Assembly (NCBI RefSeq): GCF_001194135.2
Contig: NC_068981.1
Location: 129,848,855-129,893,379 of the forward strand
DNA length: 44,525 bases
Direction: 5' to 3'
DNA from: Octopus bimaculoides
Lineage: Eukaryota
This document shows positions 34,306-44,525 of the stretch, in pieces (positions within the stretch are counted from its first letter, which is position 1; each line of letters starts with the position of its first letter). The position numbers and the translations under genes are program-made. The notes below the pieces were generated by a model. The model worked only from the letters and a program-made list of their open reading frames with translations. It did not search any database and was not told where the DNA came from.

Positions 34306-35823
34306 NNNNNNNNNNNNNNNNNNNNNNNNNNNNNNNNNNNNNNNNNNNNNNNNNNNNNNNNNNNNNNNNNNNNNNNNNNNNNNNNNNNNNNNNNNNNNNN
34401 NNNNNNNNNNNNNNNNNNNNNNNNNNNNNNNNNNNNNNNNNNNNNNNNNNNNNNNNNNNNNNNNNNNNNNNNNNNNNNNNNNNNNNNNNNNNNNNNNNNN
34501 NNNNNNNNNNNNNNNNNNNNNNNNNNNNNNNNNNNNNNNNNNNNNNNNNNNNNNNNTGACAAAATGAAATGCTATAAAAAAACATAACAGAAAAAAAGAA
34601 AGAAAATACAATATAATATACGAACAAGAAATTCTAATTTTCTTCAATGCTGGGACTCTTCTCCAGATTTGATTATGAATTTATTTTTTCCTTGTAACAT
34701 TTTCTCAAATTTCATTTCACCATGTTGTATGCTTATAGAGTTACAACAAAAAAACAAACACAAAACACAAGGATCATTATTAAAACAAAATAGAAGATAA
34801 TGATAATCTCTTTATTGTAATATAAAGGTGATGAGGATGATAATGGTGATGAGGATGATAATGGTGATGATGATGATAGTAATAATAACAATAATTATAA
34901 TAGCAATAACGATAATAATAATAACAACAGTATTAATAATAATTATAATAATAACAACAAACAACAACAAAAACAAGAGCAATGTACTGTTTTTATGTTA
35001 TCAAATCAGTTAGTTTTGTGGATATGATGGAGGTATTTGATGTGAATGATTGTAGTTTTATGTGATAATTTTTGTATTCTTTTTTTCAGTCTGGTGTTTC
35101 AAATGTGCTGGTTTAATATTATTTTCTATAAAACATATTAAATGTCCAAAAATGCTTTTATAAAAGTGATATTTATTGAAAATTACTGGCTCTTTTCTCC
35201 ATTTTACATTATTAAATGTTTTTAAAATGTATCTGTGTACTTATATATGAGTGGGTTTATGTGTATATGGGATGATGTATATGTGAGTTTATATTCATGT
35301 ATAAATTAATATATGTACGATTTTATGTTTGTATAAGTGTTTCTTAATGTGGAATACCTTTTCTGTGAGGGTGGAGGTACCAAATATGGCATAATGTTTG
35401 GAATCTATTCTGGTTGTTCAATTGCATTGCTATTTCCCAATGCTTGCTAGTTTCATATCCTTTTGTCTTGCCTTCTGTTCTGTTCTTTCCTTCAAAGATA
35501 ATGGAAATCAGTAGACAGCCAGCCAGATATACACAGATTGACTGACTGAAAGACCAAAGTGAACAGTTGAATAGTGTTCATAATAATCATAATAATATAT
35601 ACTGAATGCATCTTAAAGCATATATACTTTTAACTTTTCAGCTTATATTAACCAAAATCTAACAAAAATATTCTGAAATATTTTTCCTGTGCTTCAATGA
35701 AAACTGACCAGTTCTTCTACAGATGCATCACATATCTATACAAGTCATGTTCAACCATAATTTACATCTCCTTCTTTGGAGTTTTGGGTTTAATTCATTT
35801 TAATTTGTATTTCTTCTTTCCCA

Positions 35824-35862
<39 letters not shown>

Positions 35863-35926
35863 CATACATGCACGTACATACATACATGCACCTACATACA
35901 TATATGTATATGAATGGATATATATA

Positions 35927-35976
<50 letters not shown>

Positions 35977-36166
35977 TATGTATGTATGTGTGTTGCTCTG
36001 TCAAAAGCAGATAATATACTTGGAGCAACAAACTTTCCTTCCTACTTAGGACAGGTGTTTGGTTCTTCCATCCTCTTTGCCTCTGCTGCCCTCCTCTCTA
36101 CTCTGCCAGCCAGGTAAGCTCTATGTGTATTTGTGTCATATATGTGTATATATATATATATATATA

Positions 36167-37494
36167 CACTGGCCAAAATAAGTTTAAGGCCGATAATGAC
36201 AGTTCTATTCCTTCATTAATTTACTTTTAACAAATTTGTATAAAATTATTTTACTTTTTACAATTTATGTAGAATTTTTTCTCTTTCTAATGATATACAA
36301 TTTGAATAATTTTAATGTGCAATTAATTCAAACGATTAAAAATTGTCGGCAAAATAAGTTTAAGACTGTACCAACATTATCTTGTTTAAATTGAAAATTT
36401 ACAGCATGAATGATCAACAAACAAAAATTTATTATTAGTATCTAGTTTCATAGCCATTATTTTCAATTACGGCCTTATAACAGCAGGACATGGACTTTGA
36501 CAAATGAGCACAAAAATCACTTGGAATGTTCTGCCATATTTCTTCAATAAAATTATATAATTGGGACAAATTTGTTAGTATTTTAGCATGAACTCTTTTA
36601 GAAACATAATTCCATAAATTTTCTATTGGATTCAAATCCAGGTTCTGCGGAGGCCACTCAATTACCACCATATTATTGCGCTCAAAGTATTACAAAACTT
36701 TCCTAGCCTTATGAACGAGGCAATTGTCCTGCTGGAAAATAGATCCTAGTGGTGTCTGATTATTTAAATATGGCAGCACATTTTCATTTACTAATTGCAG
36801 ATAGCCTACACTGCCATCAACCTTAACAATTCAACCAACACCTAAGCTGCTGAACACAGCCCACACCATTACCCACACACACACCTCCTGCTTGCGCCAT
36901 TTTCTTGACACACTTAGGATGGAATTTTTCAGTTGGACAGCGTCTAACATAAGTCTTTCTGTCTGATCCAAAGATGCAGAAGTGGGATTCATCACTCCAA
37001 AGAACTTTTGACCCGTCTTCGGCCATCCATTCAATATGGTTTTTAGCAAACTTGATCCGCTAACACCAGTTTATATCAGAAATTATTGGCTTCTTTTGAG
37101 TGATCCGATTGAACAGTCCAAATTCTTTTAAGTGGCTTCTGACAATTTGTGGTGTAAAGCTGATGTCAGTTTCATTAGATAATTGCTTTAAATGTCCACT
37201 ATTGTTAGCATTTGGTTACCTTCAGAGAGCCTATGAATTCGCCAATCCATCTGTAGTGTTGTTTTTCTTGAAACGCCTGTTCTTTGCCAATCTTTGTATT
37301 GGGCCAGTGGCTTGATAAAGCTTCCATGCTTGAACAAAAGCCATTTTGCTGTATCCTAATTGCTCACTAATGTTCATGAAAGACATATTTTGCTGATGAA
37401 GCAACACGATGTTTTGGTTTGTTAATTTGCATAGTTTTGGTATGGTCTTAAGCAAAATAATGTTGGTATGGTCTTAAACTTACTTTGGCCAGTG
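36167..37494 (-). mobile_element. Full-length but pseudogenised Tc1-family DNA transposon (1328 bp, DD34E)
   Basis: TA|CACTGGCCAAAATAAGTTTAAG ... CTTAAACTTACTTTGGCCAGTG|TA. Minus-strand transposase pieces: paired-like HTH (37231..37455), WSDESHFCIFGSD (36823..37026), FQQDN-34 aa-E in EWPPQNLDLNPIENLW (spacing counted by hand; includes one in-frame stop). Frameshifts present. Confidence 0.93.
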
Positions 37495-39279
37495 TATGTG
37501 TGTTTATGTGTGTGCATTTGTTTGTTCTGCTGATGTGGCTTTTTGATTTGAATTTTGCTTTGTCAGTTTTAATGTGTCACCAGCTGTGCAGCTAAACATT
37601 TTATGCTTGAATAAAAATATTTCCACCCAGTTGATTCTAAGCCTGGAATGTATCCACCCTGTTGATTCTGAGAATTGCTAATTCATTTTAAAACACTCAA
37701 TCTATCTTAATGTCAAATTTGTTGAAATGATAAATATACAGACAACTGAATAATAGATCAAGGGTTAAAACACTTTTCAAAGCCTTCTGTTGTGTTTTTA
37801 GTCATGGCATTTTACTCTGCTTGCCACAATCTACCTGGCTAAAAATAACTACCACTCCTGTTTTGCAACTGAGAAATATTTATTCCATCTAAATATTTGA
37901 ATTTGCATAGCCATCTAATCGTTCTAGTCAGAAAACAAGACTCTGTTATTAATAATTAACTAAGGTTTTCTCATACCAAACAATCCTAGGTAGCTGAACA
38001 ATCTAAACAAGTATTGAGAAAAAAAACCAAGGTCATAGTTTAATTTTTAATCATTTTTATTGTTCATGTGTTATTACTTTCTACATTACATCATATATTA
38101 AATCAGTACTACACTAACATGTTTACTTCAAACATATCATATTGTATACAGTGCACCTGAGCACTGTATACAATAAGTTTATTATTATCATATCAAATAA
38201 AATTTATAAACAAGCTTGTAACAATATTTCTTCAATGATTTTCAAATAATGTTTTTATAATACATATTATGTAAGCATGTTTATATATTGATGAATTCAT
38301 TAATTATGGACAATTTAATTGAGATTCATTTAGCAAACTGTAACAGATAAGGTATGGTTGATATTTGGATAGCATTCACTTCTATTAAATGATAAAATTT
38401 ATGAAGTTCTATATTATGAAACAATTAAATATCTACTAATCAACTGAATATGGAGATTTTAGATTAGCTGTTTTGTTGTTTTTTCGGTTTTTGGGGTTTT
38501 TTTTTTTTTGCTGGGGATGGCAGGGAACAGACCTTAGCTTCTAAAGGTGACTTGTCATCATATTACCAAAAATATCGGTGGATAAAATGCATTCAGTGTC
38601 ATTAGTATCTTGTATACTTCCATTGAAAGTAATCCTTGTTATAGATAAATCTTAGAGAATTGTTTCACTGCAGGTAGGTCCTAATGAAATAGACATACAA
38701 TCAGAGGTATCCCAGCTATGACTACCCTGGTTTTTTATTTTTAAATAAGTGACCACAATGTCCAGTTTTCTTAAGACAGTAGGGTGTTATTTAAGAGAGA
38801 TTTTGTTTCTGTTTTTAGCAGGCTGAGTGGCTGCACTAAGAGCACCCTGGGCCACTAATTATCAGATTATCCTTACGAGGGACACTGTCCAGTGCTAGTG
38901 AAGAGGAATAAATTATCAATATTTTATCTTATATTTATGGGAAATACAAACAGAAAGTAGTTTTTGAAAACTTCCTATCAGATTCTTGCTGATTCAGATA
39001 ATCACCAGTCTATGAAATCTTGTGGCTGTCTTTGTCTTCCTATTGATTTGGTTAGTTGTATTTCTCAGAAAATAACTACCTACCCATTCATAAGCTTATG
39101 TGGATAGAATATTTTATTCCAACTCTGCTGAGATAGGTTTTAGAAATTGCATTTCTTTCTATTTCATTTGGTATGTTATTATAAGAATTGATTAGTAACA
39201 ACATAATAAGGTTCTTTTTCTGGAATATGAACCTTATCAGGAACTTATATTCATGTGTATGTATGCTTATTCTTTTATT

Positions 39280-39491
39280 CAGTTACTTGTTTAAGTTATT
39301 TCACTGTGGCCATGCTGGAGTAACGCCTTTAGTTGATCAAATTGACCGCAGAACTTATTTTTTGTTAGCCCAGTAATTATTCTATTGGTCTCTTTTGGCA
39401 AACCGCTAAGTTACAGAGACGTAAATACATCAACATCAGTTGTCACTTGATGGTGGGCAGGCAAACACAGATGCACAAATATATACATGTC

Positions 39492-39558
<67 letters not shown>

Positions 39559-39720
39559 ATACGACGGGCTTCTTTCAGCTTCCGTCTACCAAATCCACTC
39601 ACAAGACTTTGGTCAGTCCGAGGCTATAGCAGAAGACAATTGCCCAAGGTATCACATAGGACTGAACCCAGAACCATGTGGTTGGGAAGCAAGCTTCTTA
39701 CCACACAGCTACCCTGCACC
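39280..39720 (-). mobile_element. SINE family A, complete copy with internal (TA)/(GT)n
   Basis: Reverse complement of 4833-5215. Confidence 0.8.
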
Positions 39721-39786
39721 TATATATATTCAAACTGATTTGTACATATGTATAAATATATTTTAAGTATACGCATTCATGATCAA

Positions 39787-39942
39787 GCATGGCTGTGTGG
39801 TTATTAAATTTACTTCCCAATCACATGGTTTGGGGTCCATTTCCACTGCTTGGCAGCTTGGGCAAGTGTATTATACTATAGCCACAGGCCAACCAAAACT
39901 TTGTGAGTGGATTTGGGAAACAGAAACTGAAAGAAGCCTGTT
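39787..39942 (+). mobile_element. SINE family A, 5' half
   Basis: GCATGGCTGTGTGG...CTTTGTGAGTGGATTTGGGAAACAGAAACTGAAAGAAGCC. Confidence 0.78.
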
Positions 39943-39965
39943 GCATGTGTGTGTTTATGTGTGTG

Positions 39966-39998
<33 letters not shown>

Positions 39999-40623
39999 AT
40001 CAAATGAATGATAACATACAATGGATAATTGTCAGTTCATTATATCTGTTTCCTATGTAACTTTTAATAGAAGAATGAGAACATTACATCATTATAAAAG
40101 ACTGTAATCATCAGATGAGAAGTAATTTTACAAAATAAAAGAATATTCAGGAACACAGCAGGGATATGTCTGTCAAGGCCAGCTAAGAATGGGAAAATGA
40201 GCAACTATGTTGGCAGTTTAGGTTAAGAATGTAGTTCTTTAAAGTGTGTAATTTGATATCTAAATTCAGCGACTCAGGTGAGAAGTCTGCTAGACTAGAT
40301 CATGGTTAGACTGCAGTGGGTTGTAGGAGAAAATTTATTATGGTAAGCTATGAGTTGTGGTAAGTAAGGAGGGGTCATAAAAGCAATTAAGGATAAAGAA
40401 AAAAGAGAAGACAAATAAATCAAATATGAGGGTAAATGCCTTTTCAAGTACCTGATTCTATTGGAATCCTCATCTTACTATTTATTGGGCTTCTTTCAGT
40501 TTCCATCTACCAAATCCACTCACAAGGCTTTGCTTGGCCTGAAGCTATAGTAGAAGACACTTGCTCATGGTGCCACACAGTGGGACTGTGGTTGGGAAGC
40601 AAGTTTCTTACCACACACTTGCG

Positions 40624-40663
<40 letters not shown>

Positions 40664-40664
<1 letters not shown>

Positions 40665-41583
40665 TGGGTCATCACATAAATAATGAAGTCTTTTAAATTG
40701 CATGAACTAAAAGTTGGAGGGGAGCAGGATAAACTACCTGCATCAACTTGCTATAAAAGCAAATTGTAAATTTACCTGGTCCTTATTCTTGGTGCAAGTT
40801 TTGAAGAGTGCAGTTCGATTATAACAGTTATTTTTTCAAAGTTATAATGGAAGTGACAAAGAAACATATTCGGCATATTTTGCTTTATGAGTTCAATAAA
40901 GGCAACAACACAACAGAAAGTGTGTGGAATATTAATGCAGTATATGGGGATCAGGCAGCAAACGTAAGCCAATGTCAATGGTAGTTCCAGAAATTCTGAG
41001 CTGGAAACTACAGCCTAGTAGACAAGCATTGTCCTGGACGATCTGTAGAGCTCAACAAGGACATCTTGCAAACTCTAGTGGAAGAAAATCCCATTGTGAC
41101 TGTTGAGGAACTAACAGAGAAGCTTGGATTTGGTCATTCAACCAGTCATTCAAGTCAGCACTAGAAGAAAATCGACCATCTTTGGTTTCAAGACGAAAAG
41201 TATTTTTTCATCAAGATAATACTTAGCTACATACAGCAAGGATGACATTCCAAAGTCTTGAGCAGTTTGAATGGGAAACGATGCCCCACCCACCATTTAC
41301 ACCAGACATTACCCTATATGATTATCATTTATTCTGCAGTCTTCAAAATCATTTGGACAGAAAAAATATGAATTCTGTAGACAAGGTCAGAATAGTACTA
41401 AAGGAATGTTTTTCATCATGGACAAGTGAATTTTGGAAGAGGGGCCTTTCAAGTCTACCAGCTAGATGGAAGAGCATTGTAGAAAATTAAGGAAATTATA
41501 TTTTAGATTATAAAAGAACTTTGTTTTACTTTTGAAAAATAAAGGAAGTATAAAAAAACCACATTATTTATGGGATGACCCAA
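40664..41583 (+). mobile_element. Internally deleted mariner transposon (920 bp, DD34D)
   Basis: TA|CTGGGTCATCACATAAATAATG ... CATTATTTATGGGATGACCCAA|TA. N-terminal HIRHILLYEFNKG...W*FQKF HTH; the WVPHEL and first-D region is missing; HQDN-34 aa-D in HPPFTPDITLYDYHLF (ORF 41242..41490); several stops. Confidence 0.92.
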
Positions 41584-41834
41584 TATATAAATTTTTTACC
41601 TTTTTGCTTATAAGCATTCATCATGTATTGGCTATTGAAAATAGTCTAATATTGGAACATATAAGCCCTTCATGGTAAAAAATGGGTATTCGTGTATTAA
41701 TCCCCATATTCTGTTGAGGGTTTATAAGCCTCAATATTAGACTACTTTCTGTAGCCAATACACAGTGAACACTTATAAGCTTAAAGCTTATAATTATTAT
41801 TTACAGAATTTTCACGTGTTGCTGTTTCTTGATT

Positions 41835-41898
<64 letters not shown>

Positions 41899-42904
41899 AC
41901 ACGTACATACATATGTGCATGTGTGTGTTTATAATCTTTATATTTAGTTATTTATTATTTTATTGTATTTTCATTGTTATTGCAACTATCTTTTTCAAGA
42001 TGTCCGTATTGTTTGAATTGTATTTCAAGCCTGCAGGATTAAATAGTTAGAAATGAATGATATTCATTGGATGTCACAAATATGAATGTTAGATTTATAG
42101 CCATCCTCATCAATTTATGGCTTCATCTAATTTCCTGTTTTTTTTTTTTCTTCCTTTCCTTTTGTAGTCTTTTTTTGTTTTCGTCTTGTTTATTGATCTT
42201 ATATAGGGTTAGGATGATTTAATTCACCTCTTTGGTGTCTGAATGATTGTATTGCATTTCCATGATTTTTAAAATTTTGATTTTTTCCTCCCTAAGATAT
42301 CACATCATTAAAATAGCTTCCTATTTTAAAATGGCTACCACAACACTAATAAATTGGTTGTTATTTATTATATATATTATGCATTACTATCAATATGTTT
42401 ACTTGGTACCTAAACCTCAATGTACTTTTAGTACTATTACTATATTTAGAATAGAGAAGTAACAGTAACATTTGATTGAGTTACATTGTTACTGTACTTG
42501 CTTTTCCTGTTAAAAATGGGTTTATTGTTGCCTATACAGACTAACTTGGTAACTTGTTGCTATGTTGTGTATGGCATAATAGGTGATGCACTAGAAGTGA
42601 TGTTAAGTGCTGAAGTGAGCGAATTGTGTGTTCTCTCTTTTCCATGGACAGTTGTCCAGCATGGACATATAGATCCAGTTATATCTGGTATTCTAGCTAT
42701 TGGACAACAGGTAGGGTAGAGAGTGTCTCTGAGTCACATAACAAGTTCTAGTCAGTGGTTGAGAAATTCCTTTTTGGATTTGTTTGCCAAGTCAAGGTTG
42801 CCACAACAAGAGCAGCTAACATTGTGTTGTCAAATCATTTCATTTCCTCACCAACATTATCAATTGGTCCATTGTATACTTCCACAATGCATTAATATAG
42901 TATA

Positions 42905-43180
42905 GTGTTGCTAGCATGTAATAAGCACCCAACACACTTTGTTAAGTGGTCAGCATTAGGAAGGGCATCCAGCTGTAGAAACCATGCCACAACAGATAAT
43001 TGGAGTCTGGACAGCTCAGTGCTAGCCAGCTTCATGTCAGACTATCCAGCTTCATGTCAGACTATCCAGCTTCATGTCATACTATCCAGCTTCATGTCAG
43101 ACTATCCAGCTTCATGTCAGACTATCCAGCCCATGCCAACATGGAAAGTGAACGTTAAACAATGATGATAATGATGATGA
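42905..43180 (+). mobile_element. Family B copy carrying a 20-bp x5 tandem expansion
   Basis: GCATTAGGAAGGGCATCCAGCTGTAGAAACC ... (CCAGCTTCATGTCAGACTAT)x5 at 43026-43125 ... CCCATGCCAACATGGAAAGTGAACGTTAAACAATGATG. Confidence 0.82.
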
Positions 43181-44291
43181 TAAGATGAAGAGTTTATTTT
43201 CTTTGTACCAAGATCTCTGTTCCTCTAACCTTTTACCTACACACAGGGCTGTTTATCCCTTATTAATTTATGGTAATATTTTAAAATTTACCCTCTAGAC
43301 AATTCATTCTGATCTTTATACTTTATCTGTGGCTTTGTTTTGCTAATCTTCCAGTAATTTATACATAGTGTCCTATTAAAATGTGCATAAGTTACTAATG
43401 ATGAATACAATCTATAACATCAGTTTCACTAAAGATATTTGCTAATTTGCTTTTAGGTATCCACAAACAATATGCCATCAAATTGCTTTGTCCATTCCAT
43501 TTGCAGTATTGTTAATTGTACTTTTTGATCTTTCCTTGATTCATTTCTACACTTTGATCTGACCCATTCAATTATAATCTGAAAGCTGTATGAATAAAAT
43601 TCTGCATATTTTTTTGTAACTCACAAAGCTGACAGACAAACAAACTATTTCCTCATTACGCATACAACTTCATTTATCCAGATATTAATTTTGTATTTTT
43701 TATGACAGTTATATCTTTATGATTAGATGTTCAATTAGTTAGTCATTTCACATATAAGGAGATTATCTGAGTTTAATATATACAAGTCATTATGTAAGGT
43801 TGCTAGCATAATTCAATGTAAATAATTTCTCGTTCAATTGTCTGGACACATTGATAATCTAGTAGATGGAATTTTGCTATGGCTTGAATAGTATACATAG
43901 GGTTATCACCTGATTCTAGATCTTCATCATGTGGGACTGCTCAAACCACAAACTTAATGTCATTTTCATAGTTGGATTATCAAGCTAGAATTATAAATTT
44001 ATCTTCAAGAATCTATTTAAGCTAATAGATTGGCAATAATTTCTGCACCAAATTTCTCTTGAGTGAGTGAATGAGTGTGTGTGTGTGTGTGTGTGTGTGT
44101 ATACATACATACATACATGCATACATACATACATATATGTATGTATGTATGCATGCATGTATGTATACATACATAGATATATAGATATATATATATAACA
44201 AAGTAATGGCACAAAGCAGTGTTTATGTATAATCACAATTTAGGTTAGTTGAAATATATGACAAACATATTTCAACTAACCCAAATTGGAA

Positions 44292-44525
44292 CATCATCAT
44301 CATCATCATCATCGTTTAACGTCCGCTTTCCATGCTAGCATGGGTTGGACGATTTGACTGAGGACTGGTGAAACCGGATGGCAACACCAGGCTCCAGTCT
44401 GATTTGGCAGAGTTTCTACAGCTGGATGCCCTTCCTAACGCCAACCACTCAGAGAGTGTAGTGGGTGCTTTTACGTGTCACCCGCACGAAAACGGCCACG
44501 CTCGAAATGGTGTCTTTTATGTGCC
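44292..44525 (-). mobile_element. Young family B copy (truncated by the window end)
   Basis: Reverse complement of 33617-33858. Confidence 0.9.

Noticed and set aside
36011-36113. Coding exon [35 protein letters not shown]
   Set aside because: No resemblance to rabphilin, and the composition is better explained as a polypyrimidine tract; kept only as an alternative under the recursive-splice finding.
38655-38680. Second recursive splice site (ttcactgcag|gtaggt)
   Set aside because: Short pyrimidine tract and lies at the edge of a dispersed repeat (reverse relative of 19785-20125); similar chance AG|GT words occur at ~3866, ~5592 and ~43456.
42480-42900. Decayed LINE endonuclease or hidden exon
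   Set aside because: Complex sequence with a faint APE-like flavour on the minus strand, but no motif I could support.
43026-43130. Short direct repeats as a CRISPR array (also 6012-6100)
   Set aside because: Units are contiguous with no unique spacers, lie inside SINE copies, and the DNA is eukaryotic with no cas-like ORFs.
29789-44525. C2A/C2B exons of rabphilin
   Set aside because: No C2-like peptide with splice signals found. They may lie downstream or in gaps 31259-31706 or 34306-34556, so rabphilin versus a Noc2-like architecture is not settled from this window.

Overview
AT-rich eukaryotic genomic DNA, saturated with microsatellites and SINE/LINE/DNA-transposon remnants, with seven N-gaps. 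The repeat landscape suggests an octopus (coleoid cephalopod) draft assembly; this is inference. One protein-coding gene is supported: six + strand internal exons (5285-5428, 6590-6719, 18832-18918, 24846-25050, 27201-27269, 29621-29788; 803 nt, phases 2-2-0-0-1-1-1) that splice into one open frame. They encode the Rab-binding helix, 8-Cys zinc finger and SGAWFF motif of a rabphilin-3A/Noc2-family effector, followed by a Ser/Gly-rich linker. I found neither the first coding exon nor the C2-domain exons; they lie outside the window or in gaps. Almost all ORFs in the supplied track are microsatellite, N-gap or repeat artefacts. The introns contain a degenerate full-length Tc1 element (DD34E), two mariner deletion derivatives, a piggyBac-type MITE, RTE-clade LINE ends, three kinds of restriction-like-endonuclease retrotransposon remnant (HERO-like, Dong/R4-like, another R4/NeSL-like) and four recurrent SINE-like families (labelled A-D here). 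Most notable observations: a near-canonical type I hammerhead ribozyme fold on the minus strand (15379-15440); an ~80-bp-arm hairpin with a single A-C mismatch in a UAG context (30381-30538); a recursive-splice/micro-exon-like site (36062-36119); a nest of microsatellite-targeting retroelements (9780-13000); and a probable contig mis-order (13237-14511). I see no prokaryotic-type system such as CRISPR or an operon. Repeat boundaries were read by eye and are approximate unless a TSD or TIR is quoted.
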